From a virus: a stretch of DNA of 64,000 bases. The translations under genes and the position numbers were made by a program. Position 1 is the stretch's first letter, and each line of letters starts with the position of its first letter. The stretch lies in the IMG/VR virus record IMGVR_UViG_3300037507_004165, positions 90,138 to 154,137 of that record; one strand, written 5' to 3'. Below, in pieces: positions 1 to 10,314 of the stretch. Below the pieces are notes generated by a model, which saw only the letters and a program-made list of their open reading frames with translations, ran no database searches and was not told the origin of the DNA.

Positions 1-983
1 TGGTATCTTTTAGTGGAACTAACAAAATTCAATCTAAAGTTATTTCTTCTTCTGCAGGAAATATACAGTCAACATTCGAAGAAATGATTAGAATACCAAG
101 ATCAGAAACATTTAATAATCCGATTAAAAATTATTTTTACGAAAACGATTCCTTAGAAAATGGATTTAACTTGTATAGATTAGCAAAGTTTCCCAAGGAT
201 TCCGAACCATACGATGCATACATACTAGAAAATACGGACAGTAATCAGGTTTCAATTTATGTTGTGAATGGAACAAGTTTAGATAGGGGTTCTTGGCAGC
301 AAGTTTTATCTGGGTCTAGAACAGATTTGCAAGTTAGCAAATCCTATGCCTCACTTAACACTGCTCAAGAATTTTATCAAGCTCCAAACATACCCTATGG
401 AAGCATATATTTAACCACAAATATATACATGGAAAATTCAGTAACAATGACTAAGAATTTTCTGAAATCTCTTTCAGCTCAGTTTTGGGATATAGAGGTT
501 TATCTTAATGGCGTTCAAATAAGCACATCCGGATCCTTGGCCCCTGGAGTCCTGACTTCTTCTTTAACCTGGAATTTTAAAAAGGGTGAAAATACCATAG
601 CAATAATCATCAATAAGTCAACCAATGATACATCTGGTGTTAGAACCCCATTTAACGGATCCATATCTCTTATGGAGGGAACCCATTTATTGTCAATACC
701 TAACGCTCAGGTGTACAGAAATTATTTATCATTTGTTAAAATAGAAGATTTAAGAAATAAATATTCAAATATAGATAATGTTTTTTCTGTTATTAATTGG
801 GAAAATAATAAAGAAATAGTTTATAGAAGAACTGAAGAAATTAAAGATGGAACAAAGGTCTACTATCTAACCAATAACGGCAAATCCCCATCTTCGGTTA
901 GGGTTAGGGCAGATTTATTTAGGGGCGCAGACTCCTACACTGCTCCCGCAGTGCTCTCCTATACTCTTAAGTTTAAACACTAA
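1..983 (+). CDS. Virion structural protein (baseplate/tail region), 5'-truncated by the window
   Basis: Frame is open from position 3 to TAA at 981-983. Ser/Thr/Asn-rich, beta-strand-like; ends ..PAVLSYTLKF, like large-phage tail/baseplate proteins. Confidence 0.5.
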   Translation, partial: VSFSGTNKIQSKVISSSAGNIQSTFEEMIRIPRSETFNNPIKNYFYENDSLENGFNLYRLAKFPKDSEPYDAYILENTDSNQVSIYVVNGTSLDRGSWQQVLSGSRTDLQVSKSYASLNTAQEFYQAPNIPYGSIYLTTNIYMENSVTMTKNFLKSLSAQFWDIEVYLNGVQISTSGSLAPGVLTSSLTWNFKKGENTIAIIINKSTNDTSGVRTPFNGSISLMEGTHLLSIPNAQVYRNYLSFVKIEDLRNKYSNIDNVFSVINWENNKEIVYRRTEEIKDGTKVYYLTNNGKSPSSVRVRADLFRGADSYTAPAVLSYTLKFKH

Positions 984-991
984 GGAAAATC

Positions 992-1429
992 ATGACGATA
1001 TCTTACTCTAATTTTAACAGAAGAGAAAATATATTTGAGCCTTCAGTTCAAAAAAATAGGTTGACGTACAAGGGGCCAGTACCGTCAAGTTTAATTAATC
1101 TTTTTAATGACCAGTTTCTTTTGGATGTTAATAGACTTAAAAAGAAAATAGACGAACTTAACGAATCATTGGAATATATAAGTCAAATGACTGGAAATGA
1201 TCTAAATTTAGCCACTCCAGATTACTATTTAAATGAAGAATTATTAATGACTATATACTCACAAGAGGTTTCATATGATGAAAGTTCTGAGGATTACTTA
1301 ATAACTTCCTCAACACCTTACTATGAAGATTCTTTGTATTTTGAAAAGTTTAATAAAAATAGTGGTATGATTTCTTTCTTGTCTGCCAAGCTAGCCTCCA
1401 TAGAGGCAGCTTTAAAAAAGGATATTTAG
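992..1429 (+). CDS. Hypothetical structural protein
   Basis: 145 aa ORF with an AAGGA RBS. N-terminal YKGPVPSS motif resembles YHGPISS of the next gene. Confidence 0.5.
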   Translation: MTISYSNFNRRENIFEPSVQKNRLTYKGPVPSSLINLFNDQFLLDVNRLKKKIDELNESLEYISQMTGNDLNLATPDYYLNEELLMTIYSQEVSYDESSEDYLITSSTPYYEDSLYFEKFNKNSGMISFLSAKLASIEAALKKDI

Positions 1430-1438
1430 GAGAAAAAA

Positions 1439-2701
1439 ATGAGTGAGTTTATTTACACACAAAGAAAGCCAGTTCAATACCATGGCCCTATATCAAGCGC
1501 AGACTTTAATGAGAGAATAGAGCAAAACTACGCAGACCTTGTTTATTTATATAATAAATATGGTGTTCTAGATAAAAAAATAGCTGAAATAATTGAGAGA
1601 ATTGTAAAAGAAAACATTTATTTGACATCAGCTATTTCGGATTTATCAAATAGAATAAGGGTCATAGAAAGTATAAATACAAATCAAATATCTATTCACA
1701 GTAAGAATCAGGTAGATCTATCTCCGTTTGTCAACACGCCCTACGCAGTATCAGCTGCCTCTGCACTTGTTTTTGATGACTACTATAATTTCATGACTCT
1801 CCCTAATGTTTTGGGATCATCTCATTCTAAAATAAAATTTGTGAATTCAACCAAAGGTCAAATTGTTCCCGACTTTTTAGAGACCAGAATAGACACAAAT
1901 CTTACTGGCGGAGATGGAACTGGAGCATTAATAGACACAACTCCAGTTCAGAATGCATTTATAAATCAACCTGATAAGGTATGGAGAAGAAACGTAATAC
2001 TTAGTGAGCCTAATCCACTTGGTGTAAGCATGTATCTGTATGTAAAGATACCAACTGGGTCGATAGGCAATTCCTTAACTAACTGCATTTCACTTTCTCC
2101 ATATCCATCAAATGGCGTTGATGTTGTCAGGATTGAATATACAACAGCAAAAAGTCCTTCCCTATCAGATAAGGATGGATACTATGGAATAAATCCTGGC
2201 TATTATGATGGAGAGTACGATGCCTTAGGAAAAGTCGCTCCAGGCGGATGGTCCACTGTGGGATCAGATACTGTTGTAAACTCTGGCCCACTAAAGTTTT
2301 TCTTTGCTGAAAAAGAAATTACCGCAGTAAGAATCCTTTTGAGGCAGAGAAATTACGTAAAAGAAAATGGTTCATATGTTTACACCTATGGCCTGTCTGA
2401 CATAGACATCAGGTATGAAAAATTCTTAAACTCTGGCAGAACCTTTATAAGGTTTGATGCCCCAACAGGCAAGACAATAAACGAGCTGCTTAACGTATCC
2501 CCTAAGGTATATAATATCCCACAGTCTCTTTTAAACGACTCATTTTCCTATAGGGTTTTTTACCCATCTGGATCAACCTATGTGCTAATCAATCCAAATA
2601 CTTCAAGCCACGTGTACATAGAGATATCCCTGTCAATGCTTGAAAATAAAATACCACCAGTTTTGTCTGATTTAATAATAGAAGCAGATTATAACCTATA
2701 A
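1439..2701 (+). CDS. Putative virion structural (baseplate/tail) protein
   Basis: 420 aa ORF with an AGGAG RBS; N-terminal coiled coil followed by a beta-rich region. Confidence 0.5.
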   Translation: MSEFIYTQRKPVQYHGPISSADFNERIEQNYADLVYLYNKYGVLDKKIAEIIERIVKENIYLTSAISDLSNRIRVIESINTNQISIHSKNQVDLSPFVNTPYAVSAASALVFDDYYNFMTLPNVLGSSHSKIKFVNSTKGQIVPDFLETRIDTNLTGGDGTGALIDTTPVQNAFINQPDKVWRRNVILSEPNPLGVSMYLYVKIPTGSIGNSLTNCISLSPYPSNGVDVVRIEYTTAKSPSLSDKDGYYGINPGYYDGEYDALGKVAPGGWSTVGSDTVVNSGPLKFFFAEKEITAVRILLRQRNYVKENGSYVYTYGLSDIDIRYEKFLNSGRTFIRFDAPTGKTINELLNVSPKVYNIPQSLLNDSFSYRVFYPSGSTYVLINPNTSSHVYIEISLSMLENKIPPVLSDLIIEADYNL

Positions 2702-2767
2702 GATCTGGTGAAAAATAGGTATCCTTTTTACTATATAGATACAATTTCTTTAATAAGGAGAATTTAA

Positions 2768-3355
2768 ATGGCTACTTTTTATGTTGGTCCAAGACCTGTT
2801 TTGAGAGGTCGCAATACCAATGATATGGTCAATCCGTGGAAGGGCACCTCGGGCACATACTCTTTCTACCCACTTTTTGCTAAAGGTGTTTTAGACGGTG
2901 GTCCAGACAATCATCATGTTCCAGGAACTGGTTACCACCCTGGTAATGTTTTCTTGTCCCAAATTTTTAATGGATCAACACTTTACATACACCCACTCTC
3001 CGGAACATTTGCCGACGGGGCTGGTTATGAAGGCGCAAGATTCAAGCCAATGGAATACAAGGGTGTTTCTGGTGTATTTTCATCAGGATACGGACACGGT
3101 TCAGATAAGACAAGACCGTACGCCCTGTATAGCAATTACATCTTTGACGGTGTAGCTGCAGCCAACGCATTTGCATCTGGTTACGGTCACGCAAAGAGAA
3201 CAAATGACTATAGCCTCTACAATAACTATATATTCGACGGTGTTAACTCAGCCAATGTGTTCCCATCTGGATATGGCCAAGCAAATACATCTTCCGAATA
3301 TGGAAGAAACAAAGTCAAAGAGTGGGCTGGAGTAGCCTCAGCAAGAGCACTCTAA
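2768..3355 (+). CDS. Gly/Tyr-rich putative virion protein with internal repeats
   Basis: AAGGAG RBS. Repeats YALYSNYIFDGV..ANAFASGYG / YSLYNNYIFDGV..ANVFPSGYG. TTACTAT motif upstream. Confidence 0.55.
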   Translation: MATFYVGPRPVLRGRNTNDMVNPWKGTSGTYSFYPLFAKGVLDGGPDNHHVPGTGYHPGNVFLSQIFNGSTLYIHPLSGTFADGAGYEGARFKPMEYKGVSGVFSSGYGHGSDKTRPYALYSNYIFDGVAAANAFASGYGHAKRTNDYSLYNNYIFDGVNSANVFPSGYGQANTSSEYGRNKVKEWAGVASARAL

Positions 3356-3407
3356 GACAAGACAAAAGTAATTGCACCTGCTATAATATGCAGGTGATGT
3401 TCGAAAC

Positions 3408-3433
3408 TCCCGCACAGAAATGTGCGGGATTTT
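3408..3433 (+). terminator. Intrinsic terminator
   Basis: TCCCGCACA-GAAA-TGTGCGGGA hairpin followed by TTTT. Confidence 0.65.
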
Positions 3434-3485
3434 CGATTATTATGGCAGTGTTTATAAGTTTTGATAGAGGCAAAGAGGATTACAT

Positions 3486-4181
3486 ATGTCTATACAGCTG
3501 ATGGAGCAACTCCTGACCACAAATTCTCTTTCTGTTGAATTAGCAGAAAAGTATTTAACACTTTATTTGGGTGATGCGCAGTGGCAAGAGAAAATTTCTC
3601 AGTTATGGTCAGTCCAAAGTAAAAAACTTGGTGAAGAAAAAGCTAAGGAATTTGTAAAAAAATCTGTAGCTTGCGCTTGTCTTTCTCCTGTAATAAACAA
3701 GTCTGCAATTCCAGAAGAAAATCATGTTTTATTGTTTTGGGTCAGTGGCTGGCCACAGTTCAATGAAAGAGATTGGTTTTCTCTGTTTAAGGACGTTGTC
3801 AAAAATGATATACAGGTAGAAAAAAATAGATCAATCATTTTAAATGAAGGTATCTTTGAGCACATTGATATACCTCCATTGACTAGACAGGCTTTTAACT
3901 GGCTTTATGAAAAGTTAGAAAAAGAATCTTTTGTTTCAGAAGAAAGAAAAAACGAAGCTGTGACAAAGATGAAAAACTTAGTTAGGATTTATGGGGGTGC
4001 AGTTATATGTAATCTGTTTACTAATTACAGTCTTAATATCGATAAAGTTCTTAACTGGAGAAGTGGATATTTCATAGAAAAAGAAATACACAAGGTATAC
4101 TCTGTAGAACAAATTATCAAAATAAAAAAAGCAGAAATGCTAAAAACAAATTCCAATTATATTAAAAAGGTCAACGGGTAG
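3486..4181 (+). CDS. Hypothetical protein
   Basis: 231 aa ORF with a GAGGA RBS. Confidence 0.7.
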   Translation: MSIQLMEQLLTTNSLSVELAEKYLTLYLGDAQWQEKISQLWSVQSKKLGEEKAKEFVKKSVACACLSPVINKSAIPEENHVLLFWVSGWPQFNERDWFSLFKDVVKNDIQVEKNRSIILNEGIFEHIDIPPLTRQAFNWLYEKLEKESFVSEERKNEAVTKMKNLVRIYGGAVICNLFTNYSLNIDKVLNWRSGYFIEKEIHKVYSVEQIIKIKKAEMLKTNSNYIKKVNG

Positions 4182-4192
4182 GAGATAAACTA

Positions 4193-6232
4193 ATGTCAGA
4201 TATGTTTTCATTTAAGCTAAGCGAGGATTTTGTATCCACTTACAAGGATAAGGTAGCTCCATTTGGCTACAGAGACGCTGCTGGTAATTCGGTAGGTGAG
4301 ATAACTTTCTTGAGAACATACTCAAGACTAAAGGATAACGGCACAAAGGAAACGTGGTCTGACGTTTGCGAAAGAGTAATCAATGGAATGTACTCTCTGC
4401 AAAAAGATCACTGCAAAAAAAACAGACTTCCATGGAACGACGCCAAAGCGCAATCATCTGCCAAGGAAGCTTTTGACAGACTCTTTAATCTCAAATGGAC
4501 TCCTCCAGGTAGAGGTCTTTGGGCTATGGGTACAAACATAGTCAATGTACAGAAAAACTCTGCAGCTCTTCAAAATTGCGCATTTGTTTCGACATCTGAA
4601 ATGACAAAGCTTCACCCAGCAAGACCATTCGCATTTCTGATGGAAGCTTCAATGCTTGGCGTAGGTGTAGGATTTGACGACAAAGGCGCAGACAAGGATT
4701 TTATAATTTATGAACCAAAAGAATCTGCTAACTATGTTATACCAGACACAAGAGAGGGCTGGGTCGAGTCTCTTACTTTACTTTTAAACTCTTATCTGAA
4801 GGAAAATCAACCATCTTACTCCTTCGACTACTCGCTAATAAGACCATCTGGAACTCCAATAAAAACATTTGGAGGAGTTGCAGCTGGACATGAACCACTG
4901 CTTAAGCTGCATCAGCACATTAGAAAGATGTTTTCTGATAGAGCTGGTTCAAAACTCACAAGAGTTGACATAGCTGATATTGGTAATCTAATTGGAGTTT
5001 GCGTTGTTTCTGGTAATGTCAGAAGATCAGCTGAACTCTTAATAGGAAGAGTGAACGATCAAGATTTTTTAAATCTAAAAAATAAAGATAAGTTTCCAGA
5101 AAGAAATTCTTATGATCCATCATCACCAGGTTGGGGATGGATGTCGAATAATTCTGTTGAAACAGAAGTGGGAGCAGATCTTAGTCCGATCATAGAGGGA
5201 ATATCACTTAATGGTGAGCCTGGTGTGATATGGATGGATGTTTCAAGAAAGTATGGAAGATTGATTGATCCGCCAAATAATAAAGACCATAGAGTAGCTG
5301 GATATAATCCATGCGCAGAACAGTCTCTTGAGTCTTACGAGTGTTGCACGCTTGTGGAAACCTATTTGGGTAGACATGAAAACCTAGAGGATTATAAGCG
5401 CACACTAAAGTTTGCCTACCTATACGCCAAAACAGTAACTCTTCTTCCAACTCACTGGGAAGAAACAAACGCAATTATGCAGAGAAACAGAAGAATAGGA
5501 ACATCTATGTCTGGTGTTGCTGATTTTGCAGACAGACTTGGAATGCCGGTGTTAAAAGAATGGATGAACCAGGGATACAAAACAGTACAAAGATATGACA
5601 ATGTTTACTCTGAGTGGCTTGGCATCCGTGAATCAATTAAGATGACAACTGTTAAGCCGTCTGGAACTGTTTCGATCTTAGCTGGCGAATCTCCTGGGGT
5701 TCACTGGACTCCTGGCGGTAAGTTCTTTAATAGAACAATTAGATTCTCCAATGAAGATCCAATGCTTCCGCTGTTTAGAATGGCCAATTATAAAGTTGAG
5801 CCAGCTTCAGAATCTCCAGATACTACGTCAGTTGTATATTTTCCAATTAAATCAAAAGCTGTTAGATCTGAAAAAGATGTTACGATTTTTGAAAAGATGG
5901 CGCTAGCTACAACAGCACAAAGATATTGGTCAGATAACTCTGTTTCTGTTACAATATCTTTCAATAAAGATACTGAGTCTCAATACATAGGGACAGTTCT
6001 CCACATGCACGATGGTCAGCTAAAAACAGTTTCATTTCTGCCCAGCGGGAACGATACGTATCCACAGATGCCCTATACGCAGATAACTGAGGAAGAATAT
6101 GTTGATCAAGTAGACAAGCTATTCCCAATAGATTTAACTGGGGTTTATGCCGGAATGGCCGCAGACGCTATTGGTGAGCGCTACTGTACAACAGATTCTT
6201 GCGAGATTAAGTTCATAAAGGATAACCAATAA
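4193..6232 (+). CDS. nrdJ: Class II (adenosylcobalamin-dependent) ribonucleotide reductase, monomeric RTPR type
   Basis: Motifs PPGRGLW, NCAF, VVSGNVRRSA, NPCAEQ (thiyl Cys), TTVKPSGTVS, and C-terminal CTTDSC. Confidence 0.95.
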   Translation: MSDMFSFKLSEDFVSTYKDKVAPFGYRDAAGNSVGEITFLRTYSRLKDNGTKETWSDVCERVINGMYSLQKDHCKKNRLPWNDAKAQSSAKEAFDRLFNLKWTPPGRGLWAMGTNIVNVQKNSAALQNCAFVSTSEMTKLHPARPFAFLMEASMLGVGVGFDDKGADKDFIIYEPKESANYVIPDTREGWVESLTLLLNSYLKENQPSYSFDYSLIRPSGTPIKTFGGVAAGHEPLLKLHQHIRKMFSDRAGSKLTRVDIADIGNLIGVCVVSGNVRRSAELLIGRVNDQDFLNLKNKDKFPERNSYDPSSPGWGWMSNNSVETEVGADLSPIIEGISLNGEPGVIWMDVSRKYGRLIDPPNNKDHRVAGYNPCAEQSLESYECCTLVETYLGRHENLEDYKRTLKFAYLYAKTVTLLPTHWEETNAIMQRNRRIGTSMSGVADFADRLGMPVLKEWMNQGYKTVQRYDNVYSEWLGIRESIKMTTVKPSGTVSILAGESPGVHWTPGGKFFNRTIRFSNEDPMLPLFRMANYKVEPASESPDTTSVVYFPIKSKAVRSEKDVTIFEKMALATTAQRYWSDNSVSVTISFNKDTESQYIGTVLHMHDGQLKTVSFLPSGNDTYPQMPYTQITEEEYVDQVDKLFPIDLTGVYAGMAADAIGERYCTTDSCEIKFIKDNQ

Positions 6233-6256
6233 AAACTTGCTGCTGACATAACCCAC

Positions 6257-6265
6257 TGCTATACT
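6257..6265 (+). promoter_or_regulatory. Extended -10 promoter for thyX, probably leaderless
   Basis: TGCTATACT ends 6 nt before the ATG at 6272; TTGCTG -35-like hexamer upstream. Confidence 0.55.
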
Positions 6266-6271
6266 GTAGGC

Positions 6272-6967
6272 ATGGAAAATCAAGACATGATAAAAGTACT
6301 AGATAGTGGGTATGTCAGACTTGTAGACCAAATGGGTAGTGATCTCTCTGTGGTCAATGCTGCCAGAGCTTCTTTTGCAAAAGAATCCAAAGAGTTCTCT
6401 ATTCAAGACGCTAGACTTCTTGAATTTTTGGCAAGAGAAAATCATATGTCACCTTTCAGACACGCCTTTGCAACATTTGAAATAATGGCTCCCTTGATGG
6501 TGGCAAGACAGCACTGGAAGTATGTTGTTGGTTCTGACCATACTATGGATTCTTGGAATGAATCTTCAAGAAGATATATAACAATGGAACCAGAGTTTTA
6601 TATACCAAGTAGCGATGAATGGAGACAGGCTCCAGAGAACAGAAAACAGGGCTCAGGAGGCCCCATAGGCCCTTGGGTAGGGTCTGTGCTAAGCACTAAG
6701 CTTAAACAGCACGTAGAGGACGGTAGAGCGCTTTATAAGTGGGCTATGGAGGAGGGTGTAGCACCAGAGCAGGCTAGACTATTTTTGGCCGCCTACGGTA
6801 TGTACCAGCCATATAGGTGGTCATGTAGCCTACAGTCTATAGCGCTCTTTCTTAACCAAAGATTGTCAGAGGATTCTCAGGTTGAAATACAAAAGTATGC
6901 AGAGGCAGTCTATGAACTAGTTCAGCCCTTATTCCCAATATCTATTAAGGCTCTTACTGGTAGATAA
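6272..6967 (+). CDS. thyX: FAD-dependent thymidylate synthase
   Basis: Motifs VVNAARAS, HMSPF, NESSRRY, PEQAR and Q.EI..YA. Confidence 0.92.
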   Translation: MENQDMIKVLDSGYVRLVDQMGSDLSVVNAARASFAKESKEFSIQDARLLEFLARENHMSPFRHAFATFEIMAPLMVARQHWKYVVGSDHTMDSWNESSRRYITMEPEFYIPSSDEWRQAPENRKQGSGGPIGPWVGSVLSTKLKQHVEDGRALYKWAMEEGVAPEQARLFLAAYGMYQPYRWSCSLQSIALFLNQRLSEDSQVEIQKYAEAVYELVQPLFPISIKALTGR

Positions 6968-7195
6968 ATGGCAGCTGGAAAACTAAACTATATTGTTGTA
7001 TACAAAAATACCAGTCAGGTTTATGGATCTGCATCCAAAAAGATAGCCCTTGAGTCACCACCACCAGACGGGTGTAAACTAGAAGACAAAAGAGTATACT
7101 TTATAACTAACGAACCAGACACCGGCGAACTAGCGGTGTACAAAGTTCCACAAGAAGAAGTAAGTAATGCAGAAATCAAGGAAAAAAGCAAATGA
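6968..7195 (+). CDS. Hypothetical protein
   Basis: 75 aa ORF coupled to thyX. Confidence 0.65.
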   Translation: MAAGKLNYIVVYKNTSQVYGSASKKIALESPPPDGCKLEDKRVYFITNEPDTGELAVYKVPQEEVSNAEIKEKSK

Positions 7196-7428
7196 GTAAG
7201 AAGACAAATCAAAAAAAGAAAATAAATATTAAACTAGAAAACAATCAATCATTTATTGTTGAGGATTTAGATATCCTAATACATATCCAAAGAACTTATG
7301 CATCAATGATGCGAGGTCAACTATCTGAACAGGATAGAGTTGTTTGCGCTAGGGTTATAACTGCGACTAATTCTGCAATAGAAAACGTTTTTATTTCAAC
7401 AACAGATGGTTATGGCGATGAATGGTAA
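7192..7428 (+). CDS. Hypothetical protein
   Basis: ATGA overlap with the upstream gene. Confidence 0.65.
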   Translation: MSKKTNQKKKINIKLENNQSFIVEDLDILIHIQRTYASMMRGQLSEQDRVVCARVITATNSAIENVFISTTDGYGDEW

Positions 7429-7675
7429 AACTCTCAATACTATTATTGTAATGTTTGCGATAGGCTTTGCTATTGGCAAAGCAAATAGTAGATCAATTAA
7501 TTCTATAAAAGACTTAAATAAATCTGGGCCAACCAATTCTCAGTATTTGAATAGGCTTACAGAATTTTTTGATGATGATCTAGACGAAGCTAAAAAGGAA
7601 TACTTTGAGTACATAGATATGGGCTTTAATCCGTCAGATGCCTTTGATATCACTAAAGCAAAGGCCCGCTTGTGA
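7406..7675 (+). CDS. Small membrane-anchored hypothetical protein
   Basis: Hydrophobic IIVMFAIGFAIG segment; start may be 7418. Confidence 0.6.
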   Translation: MVMAMNGKTLNTIIVMFAIGFAIGKANSRSINSIKDLNKSGPTNSQYLNRLTEFFDDDLDEAKKEYFEYIDMGFNPSDAFDITKAKARL

Positions 7676-8487
7676 TTGATCTTTGTGTAATAAATTATAA
7701 TACTAGACCACTGTTAGAAAGACTATTTAATCGTCTTCATGATAGTTTAAACGACCAATTTTTTAAGCAGAAAAAATGTTGGAATCTTTATACTGCAGAT
7801 AATGGATCAAGTGATGATACAGTTGAATGGTTTAGATCAAATGACGACAAGTATCTTATAGACAGAATTTATTTAAACAATAATATTGGATATTCAGCTG
7901 CCTGCAATAAACTTGCGTCAAAAGGTTCAGGAGAAATAATAGGTCTTTTAAACGCTGATGTCTGGTTTACAAACGAAGATATAACAAAAATATACGAAAT
8001 TTTTAATCAGAACAAAGACATACATATACTTGGTCCAAAACAACGAGATGAGTATGGTTTGATAAGACACGCTGGAATAATTGGAACAAATACAAAGCCA
8101 AAGCATAGGGGCTGGATGGAAGCCGACCCAGCAGATCTTCTTTATAGAGATAGAATTAATTGCGTTACCGTATCAGGATCTGCATATTTCATTAGAAGAT
8201 CTGTTTGGGACGATTTGACAAATAATTCTAAGTATAGAGAATTATATCCAGATGCAGTTGGCGCATTTTTGCCGACTCCTCACTATTACGAGGAAACATG
8301 GTGTTCATATTTTGCCAGACATTTGGGGTATAATGTTGTGTATGATGGATCGGTGTCAATCGGCCACAGCTGGCATGCATCCTCGCCAAAACCCGGTGAA
8401 GGATATAGTCATGCAGACGCACAATTTAAAACAAGTCAAACAATATTTCGCAAAGCATGCGATTACATAGGAATAGAAAGAGATTAA
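7672..8487 (+). CDS. Glycosyltransferase family 2
   Basis: Motifs INYN, DNGSSD, NIGYSAACN, LLNAD and YYEET. Confidence 0.9.
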   Translation: MIDLCVINYNTRPLLERLFNRLHDSLNDQFFKQKKCWNLYTADNGSSDDTVEWFRSNDDKYLIDRIYLNNNIGYSAACNKLASKGSGEIIGLLNADVWFTNEDITKIYEIFNQNKDIHILGPKQRDEYGLIRHAGIIGTNTKPKHRGWMEADPADLLYRDRINCVTVSGSAYFIRRSVWDDLTNNSKYRELYPDAVGAFLPTPHYYEETWCSYFARHLGYNVVYDGSVSIGHSWHASSPKPGEGYSHADAQFKTSQTIFRKACDYIGIERD

Positions 8488-8488
8488 T

Positions 8489-8890
8489 ATGTCAGACAAA
8501 TTAAACCCATGGATATATAACGCCGAAGTCAAAAAGGTTGTTGATGGCGATACGTTTGATATCGTTATTGATCTTGGTTTTGACACCTTAAGAAAGGGAA
8601 GAGTTCGTCTTTATGGAGTAAATACTCCCGAAAGTAGAACTAAAGATTTAGCCGAAAAGCAAAAAGGCTTAGCCGCAAAAGAGTTTACGGATCAATGGTT
8701 GACACGAGCTAATCATAAGGTTAAGATAGAAACTGTGATAGATAAAAACGAAAAATATGGAAGAGTTTTAGCAAAAGTTTGGGATGCAAGTGGCAACTGT
8801 CTCAATACAGATATTGTTGCTGCAGGCCTAGCAAGAGAATACTATGGTGTAGGAGATAAAACCTGGACTGAATTTAAGCAGGATAAATAG
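8489..8890 (+). CDS. Thermonuclease (SNase) family nuclease
   Basis: Motifs VVDGDT, RVRLYGVNTPE and KYGRVLA. Confidence 0.9.
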   Translation: MSDKLNPWIYNAEVKKVVDGDTFDIVIDLGFDTLRKGRVRLYGVNTPESRTKDLAEKQKGLAAKEFTDQWLTRANHKVKIETVIDKNEKYGRVLAKVWDASGNCLNTDIVAAGLAREYYGVGDKTWTEFKQDK

Positions 8891-9324
8891 TGCAAACTTT
8901 TCTTCCCTATCCTGATTTTAAAAAATCTGTTGAAGTTTTAGACTCAAAGCGATTAGGCAAACAAAGAGTTGAAACCTTCCAAGTTTTAAATATTCTTTTA
9001 AATAGAACTGAAACAAAAGGCTGGAGAAATCATCCAGTCACTTTAATGTGGAAAGGTTATGAACCAGCTCTTCAGCTTTATCAAAACTATACGATAAATG
9101 AATGGATTAAGAGAGGGTATAAAAATAACATGATGTTTGAAAACATTTTGCTAGAGCTTCAGATGCCACCATGGTTTGGTAAGGAAGAATTTCATAGGTC
9201 CCATAGGGCAAATCTACTTAGAAAAGATTGGAGTTTTTATTCTAATTTTTTCAATGAAGATCCAACTCTACCCTATTATTGGCCGGTAGAAAAAGATTAT
9301 TCGATAAAAGTTGCCAATGCCTAG
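8890..9324 (+). CDS. Pyrimidine-dimer DNA glycosylase-like protein (MSMEG_6728 family)
   Basis: Motifs MQTFLPY, LD.KRLGKQRVE, HPV..MW and SHRANLLRKD. Confidence 0.85.
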   Translation: MQTFLPYPDFKKSVEVLDSKRLGKQRVETFQVLNILLNRTETKGWRNHPVTLMWKGYEPALQLYQNYTINEWIKRGYKNNMMFENILLELQMPPWFGKEEFHRSHRANLLRKDWSFYSNFFNEDPTLPYYWPVEKDYSIKVANA

Positions 9325-9376
9325 TGCATGATATATAATATAGCTGACAATAATAGCAACTAAAAAAAGGAAAACT

Positions 9377-9568
9377 ATGTCAGAAAATAAGTTCAACTAC
9401 TTTGTGGTAGAGGAAAAGACCCTTGTCAAGGCTAAGAACAAGCAAGAAGCCCAAAAGGTCGCCTCTGGTCGCAGAGGAGTAAGTGGTGAAGTTCTTTTCA
9501 GATCAACTGATATTGAAAGAATTTCTTCTGTACAGGCACAAAAAAAGATCAATCAGCTTAACGCCTGA
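9377..9568 (+). CDS. Hypothetical protein
   Basis: 63 aa ORF with an AAGGA RBS. Confidence 0.65.
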   Translation: MSENKFNYFVVEEKTLVKAKNKQEAQKVASGRRGVSGEVLFRSTDIERISSVQAQKKINQLNA

Positions 9569-9577
9569 TCCAGTAAG

Positions 9578-9599
9578 CTGGGGGGTCTATCCCCCCAGC
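9578..9599 (+). terminator. GC-rich hairpin (terminator or processing site)
   Basis: GCTGGGGGG-TCTAT-CCCCCCAGC; weak U-tract. Confidence 0.4.
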
Positions 9600-9612
9600 A
9601 ATAGGAGCCACT

Positions 9613-10314
9613 ATGATAGTTGCACAAATGGTAGGAAGAAATGAATCATCTAGATTTCTTGAGCCAGTCTTAAAAAGAATAAAAGAACAAGTAGACGCAA
9701 TCGTATTTACGGACGACTGTTCAGATGATAATACCGCAGAGATAGCCTCTGGTTATGCAAGCGTATATGTTAACGAGTCTCCACTTTTTCCAGTTCACGA
9801 AGGCAAGTTGAGATCAAAAGCCTGGGAAAATTTAAGCAATCACGCTCAAGAAGGTGATTGGGTTATTGCAATAGATTGTGATGAAATGCTCTATAAAGCC
9901 TCTGATATAAACGATGTAAATATTTCAAAGGTTCTTGATCAGTCACCATTTGATGTGGTGAACGTTAGGTTTTATCACATGTGGTCTTCAACTCACTATA
10001 GAGTAGATAAACTTTGGGCGCCTAATAATAGTTCTAGAATCTTTAGATTCAAAGACAACGCTACGTTTCTAGATAGAAAACTTGCTTGCGGTTCTGAGCC
10101 TACTTATGTTGTTCAAGATATTAGAAGAAGAAATTACTGGGTCCACTCTGGATTAGTCATGCAACATCTCGGTTATTCGATTGATGAAGATAAGATTTCA
10201 AAGTATAATAGATATATGAATTTAGACAGAGGAGAATTTCATAATATTAAACATATCGAATCAATTATAGATACCAATCCTACTCTAATAAAATGGGGAA
10301 ATTTCGGAATATGA
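9613..10314 (+). CDS. Glycosyltransferase family 2-like protein
   Basis: Motifs RNE, DDCSDD, IDCDE and HLGY. Confidence 0.85.
   Translation: MIVAQMVGRNESSRFLEPVLKRIKEQVDAIVFTDDCSDDNTAEIASGYASVYVNESPLFPVHEGKLRSKAWENLSNHAQEGDWVIAIDCDEMLYKASDINDVNISKVLDQSPFDVVNVRFYHMWSSTHYRVDKLWAPNNSSRIFRFKDNATFLDRKLACGSEPTYVVQDIRRRNYWVHSGLVMQHLGYSIDEDKISKYNRYMNLDRGEFHNIKHIESIIDTNPTLIKWGNFGI

Noticed and set aside
10293-10310. In-frame triplet CGG (10305) in the called ORF as a counter-example
   Set aside because: It lies upstream of the likely real start (ATGA overlap at 10311) and is TTC-GGA in the preceding gene.
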